A stretch of DNA of 45,341 bases from Promethearchaeota archaeon (GTDB taxonomy: Archaea > Asgardarchaeota > Lokiarchaeia > Sigyniarchaeales > SOKP01). Location: NCBI GenBank assembly GCA_018238625.1, contig JABCSY010000022.1, forward strand, positions 1 to 45,341, in the 5' to 3' direction. The position numbers and the translations under genes are program-made. Position 1 is the stretch's first letter; each line of letters begins with the position of its first letter. Shown piece by piece: positions 30,433 through 39,608 of the stretch. The notes under the pieces were generated by a model, which was given only the letters and a program-made list of their open reading frames with translations, was not told where the DNA came from and searched no databases.

Positions 30433-31689
30433 TCATTCCTCCATTGATTCAATAAATTTGAACAGATCATGCAAATTATTTGTAGTCTTTACATTACTTT
30501 TACTTTTTAGGTTGTTGTAAATAGTAGTTGCAATACCTTCAGTAAAATCACGATCTTCAATAGGATTTCTTTCAAAAAGCACTATTTTTTTATTACTTTC
30601 ATTTAAGATTTCTAAATTTTTTAAATTCGTAATTCCAAATGGAATATTTGCTAAAATAATAAGATCAACATTTTTTAATATAGTTTTTAGTTCTTCACTT
30701 GAATCATTTGTTATAGGGGAGAAGGGGGCTTCTGAAATAATTCTGTAATTTAATTCATTAGCAAGAATGTAATCATCGTCTAAAACATTGACGATACCTA
30801 CCGATACATCGTAATCATTCAGTTTTGGTAATATTTTCGAAGCTGCTCCTCCACCTGCTATTACATGAATCTTTTTTATTTTAAAATTGTTATCATATCG
30901 CATAGAAGTTGGAAATTCTATTTTATGAGGAATAATATATATTGAATTAGAAAATGGATTTTTTCTAACAACTACATCTATGTTATAAATTAATTTTAAA
31001 TTTTTTCTAGTTATAATTTCTTCGCGATTCCCAAAGGCGATAACTCTTCCTTCTTTTAGTAGAACAATTTTATCACAAAATTGAGTTGCCAAATTTACAT
31101 CGTGAATTATTATTATCACAATAATCCCATCATTGATGTATTTTCTCAGTCTTTCCATAAATTCGATTTGATAATTAAGATCGAGATGAGTTGTTGGCTC
31201 ATCCAATAGAAGTATTTTACTTTGCTGAGCTATTGCCCTTGCAATAATTACTTTTTGTTGTTCTCCTCCACTTAGAGTATTATATCCCCGATTCTCTAAT
31301 TCTGATAAGTTAAATTGTTCTAAAATTTCATTAACAATTTTTTTCTCTTCGGAGGTTTCTTTTGAAAATCGTCCAATATGCGTGAATCGTCCCATTTTCA
31401 CAATTTCTCTAACAGAATAATCAAAATCAATTGAAGTTGACTGTTCGACGACTGCGATTTTTTTGGCAACATCAGATATATTCATTTTTTTTATATTAAA
31501 TTCATCTACTACAACCTGACCATATTTTGACTTCAAAATACCACATAATACTTTTAATAAAGTTGTTTTACCGCTTCCATTTGGTCCAAGTATCCCATAC
31601 AAGTGTCCTTTTCCAAATTGGAGGGAAATGTCATCAAGAACTAATTTTGTCCAATATTTAAAACTAATATTTTCACATTCAATAGGCAA
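30433..31689 (-). CDS. btuD: Cobalamin ABC transporter ATP-binding protein with C-terminal extension
   Basis: GPNGSGKTT, LSGGEQQ, LLLDEPT and HDVN; extra HVIAGGG domain; between btuC and cobD. Confidence 0.85.
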   Translation of the reverse strand: MPIECENISFKYWTKLVLDDISLQFGKGHLYGILGPNGSGKTTLLKVLCGILKSKYGQVVVDEFNIKKMNISDVAKKIAVVEQSTSIDFDYSVREIVKMGRFTHIGRFSKETSEEKKIVNEILEQFNLSELENRGYNTLSGGEQQKVIIARAIAQQSKILLLDEPTTHLDLNYQIEFMERLRKYINDGIIVIIIIHDVNLATQFCDKIVLLKEGRVIAFGNREEIITRKNLKLIYNIDVVVRKNPFSNSIYIIPHKIEFPTSMRYDNNFKIKKIHVIAGGGAASKILPKLNDYDVSVGIVNVLDDDYILANELNYRIISEAPFSPITNDSSEELKTILKNVDLIILANIPFGITNLKNLEILNESNKKIVLFERNPIEDRDFTEGIATTIYNNLKSKSNVKTTNNLHDLFKFIESMEE

Positions 31690-31734
31690 TAAACCACATC
31701 CAATTTGATTAATTTAGTAAATATAAATTATTAT

Positions 31735-32763
31735 TTACATTAGTTCTCCTGATTTCTTTTTTTGAACAATTAAATACACAAAAAATGGACCACCTAATAA
31801 AGCCGTAAAAATGCCAACTGGTATTTCAAGAGGAGAAATTAGATTGCGAGCTAAGACATCCGCCCATAATAATAATAGACCCCCTCCAACGGCAGAATAG
31901 GGAATTAATTTACGATTATCACTTCCCACTAATAAACGCATAAAATGTGGTATAATTAGTCCAACAAAACCAATAGAACCACAAAATGCAACCGCAGTTG
32001 ATGTTAATAATGTCATTATTATTAAAATTATTCGTTTTGATTGTTCGACATTAACACCAATAGATTGAGCGTTATCATCGCCAAAAACCATGATATTTAA
32101 ATCTCGACCATAAAAATATAATATAATAGTTCCAGGAACCATAACAATGAATACTATATATAGATCGACCCATGAAGTACCCCAAAAACTTCCCATAAGA
32201 TAAGATAGGATATAATGTACTTTTTCTTCAGAAAAATAGAGAATAAAACTAGTAAATGCTGAAAAAAAGAAAGAAAATGCGATACCTGCCAGTAATAACA
32301 CGGTCATTGACATGCGATACCTTGTTTGTGAAAGCTTATAGATAATAACAATAGCCAACATTGCGAATAAGAACGATACTAACGGGATGGTAAATAAACC
32401 AAGTAAAGATGCAAAACCCAAAACAACACATAAAGAAACGCCACACCCTGCAGCAGAAGCAATGCCAATAATATATGGGTCTACAATTGGATTTCTGAAC
32501 AGTCCCTGTGCTGCAACACCGGCAACAGCTAACATCGCTCCAACAACAACGGACATTAAGACTCTCGGTAATCTTAATTCTAATATTATAACTTGTTCTC
32601 CACTTGTCCAAATGTGATCAATGGAAAATCCTATTTGATCTAAAATTATAGCAAAAATCTTGAAAAATTCAATCTGTACACTACCAATTGATAAAGCAAC
32701 TATTATACTAAGAAATAAAAAAAAAAAAATTAAAATAAGAACCAGTTTTTTTATTTGGTTCAA
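31735..32763 (-). CDS. btuC: Cobalamin ABC transporter permease (FecCD/BtuC)
   Basis: RLPR, QGLFRNP, G.IGFVGLIIPH and PVGIFTALLGGPFF. Confidence 0.88.
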   Translation of the reverse strand: MNQIKKLVLILIFFFLFLSIIVALSIGSVQIEFFKIFAIILDQIGFSIDHIWTSGEQVIILELRLPRVLMSVVVGAMLAVAGVAAQGLFRNPIVDPYIIGIASAAGCGVSLCVVLGFASLLGLFTIPLVSFLFAMLAIVIIYKLSQTRYRMSMTVLLLAGIAFSFFFSAFTSFILYFSEEKVHYILSYLMGSFWGTSWVDLYIVFIVMVPGTIILYFYGRDLNIMVFGDDNAQSIGVNVEQSKRIILIIMTLLTSTAVAFCGSIGFVGLIIPHFMRLLVGSDNRKLIPYSAVGGGLLLLWADVLARNLISPLEIPVGIFTALLGGPFFVYLIVQKKKSGELM

Positions 32764-32822
32764 TTTTTTAATATTATTATTGCACCTCTTTTTATTTATC
32801 TAAAATTTATTAATTCTAATTT

Positions 32823-33752
32823 TTAAGTAAACAAAAAGGGATAGAGGTATCGTGTCATATTTTCTAATGCCATTATAATTCTTGGACCCGGTCGCAAATA
32901 TATATCGTCGAAACATAAATATACTCGTGCGTTAATACATGCATTTACAACGCTATAACCTGTTCTACTACAAACATCCTGAGAATAATGCGGTGTGCTA
33001 TGTTCTGTAATAAAAATTGCGTCTGGATCGCTTCCAATTATCCATTCGTGTTGAACCGTAGGCCATTCTAATTGCAGATCGCTAAATATATTAATAGCAC
33101 CTGCCTTAGCAATCATGTCATCTATAAATGAACTACCTCCAGCTACCATTGGTGTTTCCCATATTTCAAAATAACAATCAACTGTGATGTTTTCATGAAT
33201 TGTGCTAGTTTTATTCGTTATTTCTTCCATATCTGTTGTCAACGCGCTCATTATTTCTACACCTTTTGTTTCGGCATCAGTTAAATTTCCAATTACTCCA
33301 ATATTATTAATTATCTCATCAAGAGTTTCTGCAAGTATGATAACTATGGCAAATCCCATATTCTCTAAAAGACCAACAGACTCTGCGTTCCAAGCAGCAG
33401 CAATAATTAAATCAGGGTTTAGGCTTACAATTATTTCCATATTAGGCGTAGAAAATCCTCCTATGCTAGTTTTACTTGAAGCATTAGTCGGATAATTGCA
33501 ATAATTTGTAACTCCTACTAGCCTATCGTCAACTTCCAATTCGTATAATGTTTCAGTAATTGAAGGGGCCATTGATATTATGCGTTCAGGACGATCTGGA
33601 ACTCTAACTTGCCTATCTTTAGAATCTGTGAATAAATACCCCGTTAAAGGTTCTGGTTGAGTGTTTAAAACCATGAAAATACCCAAAGAAGTACCTCCAC
33701 CAATAAGTACAACAATTAAAATAGCAGTAATGATTTTTCCTTTTTTTTCCAA
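32823..33752 (-). CDS. btuF: Cobalamin ABC transporter substrate-binding protein
   Basis: N-terminal TM anchor, RIISMAPSITE, VGVTNYCNYP, PN.E.I..LNPDL and RPGPR. Confidence 0.85.
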   Translation of the reverse strand: MEKKGKIITAILIVVLIGGGTSLGIFMVLNTQPEPLTGYLFTDSKDRQVRVPDRPERIISMAPSITETLYELEVDDRLVGVTNYCNYPTNASSKTSIGGFSTPNMEIIVSLNPDLIIAAAWNAESVGLLENMGFAIVIILAETLDEIINNIGVIGNLTDAETKGVEIMSALTTDMEEITNKTSTIHENITVDCYFEIWETPMVAGGSSFIDDMIAKAGAINIFSDLQLEWPTVQHEWIIGSDPDAIFITEHSTPHYSQDVCSRTGYSVVNACINARVYLCFDDIYLRPGPRIIMALENMTRYLYPFLFT

Positions 33753-33784
33753 TTCTTTTCACTCTTTTTTTATTGAAAATAATT

Positions 33785-33826
33785 AATAGGATAAGTTTCC
33801 TATTATAAATAGGATAAGTTTCCTAT
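33785..33826. promoter_or_regulatory. Tandem palindromic operator-like sites in the btuF promoter
   Basis: aataggataagtttcctat occurs at 33785 and 33808 (23-bp period). Copy 1 is AATAGGA-N6-TCCTATT. A TATA-like AAAACTTTTAATAT lies on the minus strand at ~33825-33838. Confidence 0.7.
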
Positions 33827-33918
33827 ATTAAAAGTTTTATGAAAATCTTAATTAGAAATACTCAATTTTTGCATATCAATCTAAAAATATTTCATGATAT
33901 GATTTTGGTTTCTTCTAA

Positions 33919-34101
33919 GATTTTATCCCTCCAACCAGATTCTTAGCAACAGCTGGTGCTTCTGATAAAACAATAACTGGAAAACATCTACTCTCGAAAA
34001 AAAGAAAAAACTTTGTAACTATTACTTTTGAAGGAGGAAATACATTTCCAAAAGAAGTTAGATGGAAAACTTATGATTTTCTGAAAGAAAATCTATTCTA
34101 G
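33919..34101 (+). pseudogene. Probable C-terminal remnant of an alpha/beta hydrolase gene
   Basis: Startless frame DFIPPTRFLATAGASDK...FEGGNTFPKEVRWKTYDFLKENLF*, preceded by in-frame stops; resembles hydrolase C-termini (..P..L..AG..D / F.GGH.FP...AY.FL). Confidence 0.4.
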
Positions 34102-34109
34102 AATCTTTA

Positions 34110-34451
34110 CTACAATCCTGCCTTTTCTCTAATTTTCTTACAGTCAATTTTGTCATCTTTTACAGGATTATTGATAAAGAAATCGAGTTCGCCACTACCG
34201 CGATATTTGTGTCCAAGAACTAATGCACTTTCTCCGAATAGATGCCATAATTTTTTTAATTCTTCCTTTGTCTGTTTGGGTTTTCGATGATGTTCTATTG
34301 ATGAACGAACAATACAACGTGCATATTCAATAGCCAAATCAACTGTTGGAAAACCTTCGATTACCATGTCATGTTCAGGATCAAAATGAAAATTGTCAAT
34401 AATTAAAACGGAATAGGTTTTCCTTTCGGTCATTACAAAATCAATTTCCAA
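34110..34451 (-). CDS. Hypothetical protein
   Basis: 113-aa ORF directly downstream of cbiZ; no family recognised. Confidence 0.6.
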   Translation of the reverse strand: MEIDFVMTERKTYSVLIIDNFHFDPEHDMVIEGFPTVDLAIEYARCIVRSSIEHHRKPKQTKEELKKLWHLFGESALVLGHKYRGSGELDFFINNPVKDDKIDCKKIREKAGL

Positions 34452-34464
34452 TTAATTTTTTTCA

Positions 34465-35586
34465 CTAAATTTTCATTGAAATCATTTTTTTTCTTATCAA
34501 GACGGAGATAAATGTTTCGAAATTTGATAAAATATCTTTGATATAACTGTTCTTATTTAGATTTAAATTTAACATCTCTTTATTTACATCAAAAGATTGT
34601 GCTAATGTAGAAAATAACATTTCAATTTCTTCATTTATTTCTGTTTTTCCTAATAATCCCCATCGGTACTCATCTAGAAGGTGAATTATTAAAGAAGAAA
34701 CAGTAACCAGTTTATTATTTTTGTCTATGGATTGAAAATGATAGATAAAATCTAATTTAGTCATTGAGTCTTGATTAAAAACATTTTTATACTTTTGCCA
34801 TAGACTTTCTTCCGTTATTCCATATCTCTCGAATCTTTTTAAAATACTATGCTGGCTATCAGGATCGCAATTTTCTTGTTTATATAATGCTTCTTTTACA
34901 GCTTTTTTTACGGATAACCCTATTAATTCACCTAACTTCGAATGTTTTCCAGTATTTGTTAAATATATAGGTGAATCCAAGTTACTAATAATAATATTAC
35001 CATCTGTGCCTGTCCCAGTTGCTAAATCGTTTGAATATTTGCTTCCTATCATTAGTTCTTGCAAAGCAGCAGTTTTTGCTTCAGTACAAATAACGAGTGC
35101 TTGAGTTAAGGCTTCAGGGGGTAATTTTACATCGATTTCTAAAATAGTATTAATAGTTCCAAATTTTTTCTTTTTTATATTTAATAAATCTCTTTCATCA
35201 AATGAAGCGGGATCACCAGCTCGGCCCCCATTAATGCCTACACCCGCAGTAACAATAGCAGTCGTTGTAATACCTTTATATGACTCTTCTTTTATCGATA
35301 CATTCTCTATGGAGGCTGCTGTACTAATGCCTGAAGTAAATTCTGGCTTTAACCCCAACTTCTCGGCGATTTTCTTTAAATGTTCTTTATAAGTTGTTTC
35401 CTTAAAAACATAAGTCCTTTCTGGCCCTTGTGTTCCATCATAATTATAAACATAATTCAATTTTTCACTATAAGCGCCGTTTAATGGTGAAGTGCTAAGT
35501 ACATTTCTTTTTCCTTTGAATTTTATAACAAGAGCTTTCTGTTCTCTATAGATTACATCACCCAACGAAGTTACAAAGATTTTCAT
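34465..35586 (-). CDS. cbiZ: Adenosylcobinamide amidohydrolase
   Basis: VLSTSPLNG, G.STAA, VTAGV..N, GTINT, TEAKTAAL, ATGTGTD and GKHSKLGELIG. Confidence 0.9.
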   Translation of the reverse strand: MKIFVTSLGDVIYREQKALVIKFKGKRNVLSTSPLNGAYSEKLNYVYNYDGTQGPERTYVFKETTYKEHLKKIAEKLGLKPEFTSGISTAASIENVSIKEESYKGITTTAIVTAGVGINGGRAGDPASFDERDLLNIKKKKFGTINTILEIDVKLPPEALTQALVICTEAKTAALQELMIGSKYSNDLATGTGTDGNIIISNLDSPIYLTNTGKHSKLGELIGLSVKKAVKEALYKQENCDPDSQHSILKRFERYGITEESLWQKYKNVFNQDSMTKLDFIYHFQSIDKNNKLVTVSSLIIHLLDEYRWGLLGKTEINEEIEMLFSTLAQSFDVNKEMLNLNLNKNSYIKDILSNFETFISVLIRKKMISMKI

Positions 35587-35658
35587 TAATTAAATTCACT
35601 TCTTTACAATCTTTAATCTTTTTTATCTAAACGAAATTGGTTTCGTAATGCTTTTTTT

Positions 35659-36237
35659 TTACCTATTTATATATTCAACGGTTGTATATGAATTACTACT
35701 ATTATCTTGATTGAACTTGATTTTTGAAACACTTCCATAGTTTATTTGTATTGAAAAAGATTTTTTCAAAGGAATATCTAGGATATATGATAAGATTGAG
35801 CGAATAAAACCTCCATGAGTAATAATTGCAACATTTTCATATTTTTTTTTTACGAGGTCTTCAAAAAAGTCAGTAGCTCTTTTATATAAATCAAGATACG
35901 ATTCTCCATTCGGACAACGAAAATTTACAAAATTATTCAACCAATTTTCGCGTTCCGTTTTATTAATTAAACTCCAATCTTTTAATTCCCAATCACCGAA
36001 ATTTAATTCAATTATACGCTTATCAATAATAGGATCCGCAATCGCTAATCTTTCTGCTAGTAGAATACATCTTTTCAATGGGCTTGAGTAAAAAATCATT
36101 TGAGGAGAAACAGAAAACTTTTTTTTTAAAATATTGACTTCGCTTTCAAAGGTTTGAGATACATCTACATCGGAGTAACCGTAACATATTCCCTCCTTAA
36201 CATTTACGCTTGTATGACGGATAAAATATAAATCCAA
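35659..36237 (-). CDS. cobC: Alpha-ribazole phosphatase (histidine phosphatase family)
   Basis: IRHT, GICYGYSDV, SSPLKRC, ELNFGDWE, PNGES and THGG; overlaps cobS. Confidence 0.88.
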   Translation of the reverse strand: MDLYFIRHTSVNVKEGICYGYSDVDVSQTFESEVNILKKKFSVSPQMIFYSSPLKRCILLAERLAIADPIIDKRIIELNFGDWELKDWSLINKTERENWLNNFVNFRCPNGESYLDLYKRATDFFEDLVKKKYENVAIITHGGFIRSILSYILDIPLKKSFSIQINYGSVSKIKFNQDNSSNSYTTVEYINR

Positions 36238-37022
36238 GGTTTAATCACCACAAATAAGTAAAATATTACTTCAGTAATTTGTTGCGTCGCTCCTAAACAA
36301 TCGCCAGTATAACCCCCTATTTTTTTCTTAAATTTGTGTCCTAAAATCCACGTGGTTACAACAACTGGAATAATTAAGAAGAAATAGTAATAATCTCTTA
36401 ACAATAAAAAGGGAACGATCCCAAATACACCACCAATAATAAAGTTGCCAAAACTCATTTTTTTTGCGAGCGGTTTAGCCTTACTATCTTCATTCTCTCG
36501 TACATATTCTTGAATAAAAATTAAAGAAGTTGACGCAAATCGACTTAAACTATGCCCTATTATAAGAATAAAAGGCAAAATTATTGGTTCAATATATAAA
36601 AGACAAGTATATTTGAGCGACAACATTAAAATCAAGGCTATAGCACCAAATGTACCTATCTGAGAGTCTTTCATAATGGTTAATACGCGTTCTTTTGTGT
36701 ACCCGCCCCCAAAACCATCAACAAAGTCTGCAAGTCCATCTTCGTGAAAGGCACCCGTTACTAAAATGGAACATATCATAGTAAGGAGGATAACGATCTG
36801 AGTTGGCATAATAAAATTACATAAGTAAAAAACCACTGCTGAAAACCCCCCAACTATCCACCCAATTAAAGGAAAATATCTCGATGACTTATTTAGATAT
36901 TCTTCTGAAAATTTAATTCGTTTAGGACACGGAATTCTAGTGAAAAATTGTAAAGCTGTAAAAAAAATATTAATTTCTTTACCTATTCTACGAAAGATTT
37001 TTTTAATTATCATATAATTCAA
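36204..37022 (-). CDS. cobS: Adenosylcobinamide-GDP ribazoletransferase (cobalamin synthase)
   Basis: FFTRIP, TGAFHEDGLADFVDGFGGG, IMKDSQIGTFG and GGYTGDCLGA. Confidence 0.95.
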   Translation of the reverse strand: MNYMIIKKIFRRIGKEINIFFTALQFFTRIPCPKRIKFSEEYLNKSSRYFPLIGWIVGGFSAVVFYLCNFIMPTQIVILLTMICSILVTGAFHEDGLADFVDGFGGGYTKERVLTIMKDSQIGTFGAIALILMLSLKYTCLLYIEPIILPFILIIGHSLSRFASTSLIFIQEYVRENEDSKAKPLAKKMSFGNFIIGGVFGIVPFLLLRDYYYFFLIIPVVVTTWILGHKFKKKIGGYTGDCLGATQQITEVIFYLFVVIKPWIYILSVIQA

Positions 37023-38068
37023 ATAGTCTTTTTAGTTACATTGGCATCTTCAAAGGAAGCCATATTATTTAAGAAATTTAATGCGGATTTAATCAATGGA
37101 TAGGCGATGGCAACGCCAGTACCTTCCCCTAACCTCATTTTAAGGTCTAATAATGGTTCTATATTCAAGTTATTTAAAACATTACTATGTCCTTTTTCAT
37201 CTGATTTATGGCAAAATATACAATAATCGAGAACAGAAGGGTTTATCTTTAAGGCGACCAATAATGCGGAGGTTACTATGAATCCATCTATTAATATTAT
37301 CATATTCAATTCTGCAGCTTGAAGTATTCCTCCACATATCATAGCTATTTCAAAACCTCCAAAAGTTGATAATACAGAAAGGGGGTTACCTTTTTCTACA
37401 TCTGGTATGTGCTTTTTAATAGCTTGTTTCAATATTTGTGTCTTTCTTTTTAAACTAGAGTCGTCTAAACCAGTCCCACGTCCTACGCACTTTTCGATAG
37501 AAATATTGCAAAGAATAGACATAATTATTGATGCAGAAGATGTATTCCCAATCCCCATTTCTCCAAATCCAATAATATTACATCCGTTTTCTCCTTGTTC
37601 CTTTACAATTAGAGCGCCTTTAGATAAAGCATTCTCGCATTGTACTTTATCCATAGCCGGAGAATTAAGAAAATTTTTTGTTCCCATTGAGATTTTAGCA
37701 TTGATGAGATTCGGAGTATTACTAAAATTAAAATTAACACCTGCGTCAACAATTTTTAAATTAATTCCGTTTTGTTTGCTAAATACGCAGATTGCTGCTC
37801 CCCCACTTAAAAAGTTTAAAACCATTTGATGTGTTACTTCTTGGGGGTAAGCACTTACTCCTTCAGAAGCAATGCCGTGATCCCCTGCGAACACAATAAT
37901 TGTAGGATTTATCAGTTCGGGGCTTAAGGTATTTTGGATTAACCCAATCTTTAAAGCGATAAGCTCTAACATACCCAAAGCGCCAATGGGTTTGGTTTTT
38001 GAATCAATTTTGCTTTGTAACTGAGAAATAATCTCTTTTGATGTAGATTTTATGTTAAATTCTTGCAT
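37019..38068 (-). CDS. cobT: Nicotinate-nucleotide--dimethylbenzimidazole phosphoribosyltransferase (bacterial-type)
   Basis: TKPIGALG.LE, FAGDHG, GVSAYPQEVT, GEMGIGNTS, GRGTG, GGFEI, DGFI and MRLGEGTG. Confidence 0.95.
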   Translation of the reverse strand: MQEFNIKSTSKEIISQLQSKIDSKTKPIGALGMLELIALKIGLIQNTLSPELINPTIIVFAGDHGIASEGVSAYPQEVTHQMVLNFLSGGAAICVFSKQNGINLKIVDAGVNFNFSNTPNLINAKISMGTKNFLNSPAMDKVQCENALSKGALIVKEQGENGCNIIGFGEMGIGNTSSASIIMSILCNISIEKCVGRGTGLDDSSLKRKTQILKQAIKKHIPDVEKGNPLSVLSTFGGFEIAMICGGILQAAELNMIILIDGFIVTSALLVALKINPSVLDYCIFCHKSDEKGHSNVLNNLNIEPLLDLKMRLGEGTGVAIAYPLIKSALNFLNNMASFEDANVTKKTI

Positions 38069-38161
38069 GTTTCAATAAAAATTTTTTAATTTTAATATTT
38101 TCTTAATTATCTAATCGTGCAATCAATAATGAAACTGACAAAAAAATAATGATCAATTTTT

Positions 38162-39364
38162 TTATTTTTCTGTAAGATCGTGTAAAACTAAACCGCTTAA
38201 TAATTTTGGGTCAAACCAAGTTGATTTTGGAGGCATGACACCACCAGCAGTGGCAATTTCTTCTAAATCTTGTATATTAACAGGATAAAGATTAATTAAT
38301 AAATCATTTCCTCTCTCAGTAATATATTTTTCCATCTCATTTGGATCTTGAATTCCACCTAAAAAAATAATGTTCTCATCAGCTCGAGGATCAATTATTC
38401 CTAATATCGGATTCAATATTTTATCCTGTAGAACAACAACATCAAGACTATCGCGTAATAAATCAAATCTCGTTTCTTTAGTAATTAATTCGTACCATTT
38501 TCCTTTCAGACATAAAGCAATTTGATTTTTTTTTTCGGGATTAAAAGCTTTTTCCATAGGAAGGACTCTAAAATTGATTTCTAGTTTTTTTAGAAATTCT
38601 TTATCATCAATAGACAATCGCCTTATAACTCGACTATTAGATAGAATCCGAATTTGATCGTCAGAAGCTATATAAGACAATAAATATTGCCAAGGAACAT
38701 CAGATTCTTTACTAGCGTTTGATTCTTTTAAATTTCTTTTGCGATATTCAGCAGCACTTGCTGCTCGATGATGACCGTCTGCGATGAATACTTTCTCTTT
38801 CTTAAATAATTCTGTTAATTTTTGAATAATAGCTGGGTTTGTCTCTTGCCAAAGTAAATGTCGATAATTATACTTTTTAAAATCAAATATGGGCTTTTTT
38901 TTTTTAATCTGCTTTACTAAGTAATTAATATCTTTATTTGCTTTAAAAATGGTCCATACAAGTCCAGCGGACACATGTGAAGAAGTTATGTGGTTAATTC
39001 GATCATAAAGTGGTTTCTTTCTAGTAGATTCATGCTTTATTATATTACCTTCTTCATAATCTTTAAGAGCAAGCCCTACTATTAATCCTTGCTGGTTAAA
39101 TTGATCAGATTCTTGACGATAGACGAAAACGCTTGGTAAAGTCTCTTTAGTGATGATTTGATTATCTTGAAATTGTTTATATACTTTAGCCGCGTTTTGA
39201 TATTTCTGATCGCCTTCACCATCGGGTAAAATAAGATGAATCATCGAATGAGGAATCTTCTTTAGTTGCTGTTCTTCCGCTTTTCCAATAATGTCATATG
39301 GATTAGTGCAGAATTCTTCAGGATCTTTAGGAAGAAACGGTTTTAGAGGGGATATTTTAACCAT
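38162..39364 (-). CDS. DUF1015 family protein
   Basis: PYDII, I.KHE.T, IADGHHRAAS and MPPKSTWFDPKL.SGL. Confidence 0.88.
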   Translation of the reverse strand: MVKISPLKPFLPKDPEEFCTNPYDIIGKAEEQQLKKIPHSMIHLILPDGEGDQKYQNAAKVYKQFQDNQIITKETLPSVFVYRQESDQFNQQGLIVGLALKDYEEGNIIKHESTRKKPLYDRINHITSSHVSAGLVWTIFKANKDINYLVKQIKKKKPIFDFKKYNYRHLLWQETNPAIIQKLTELFKKEKVFIADGHHRAASAAEYRKRNLKESNASKESDVPWQYLLSYIASDDQIRILSNSRVIRRLSIDDKEFLKKLEINFRVLPMEKAFNPEKKNQIALCLKGKWYELITKETRFDLLRDSLDVVVLQDKILNPILGIIDPRADENIIFLGGIQDPNEMEKYITERGNDLLINLYPVNIQDLEEIATAGGVMPPKSTWFDPKLLSGLVLHDLTEK

Positions 39365-39420
39365 AATATGAATTAAAAAATTTCACATTTTAAATAATTT
39401 CAATGTTTAAATTTAATATT

Positions 39421-39454
39421 ATTATAACATAAGTTTTATTATAACATAAGTTTT
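39421..39454. repeat. Perfect 17-bp tandem duplication in the divergent promoter region
   Basis: attataacataagtttt occurs twice. Confidence 0.85.
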
Positions 39455-39608
39455 CTCTCGTTCTACAACACTTACATAATTTATAAAAAAGTTAAAAAAA
39501 AATACCAATCTCTTTAATATTTTTTCAAATACTTGAGAATTAAAATTTAATTAGGATTCTAACAATAAATTAATTACAATAAAAAATTTTAAATAAAATT
39601 ATATCAAA

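Noticed and set aside
33753-33900. Cobalamin riboswitch upstream of btuF
   Set aside because: Very AT-rich, short leader and no B12-box sequence
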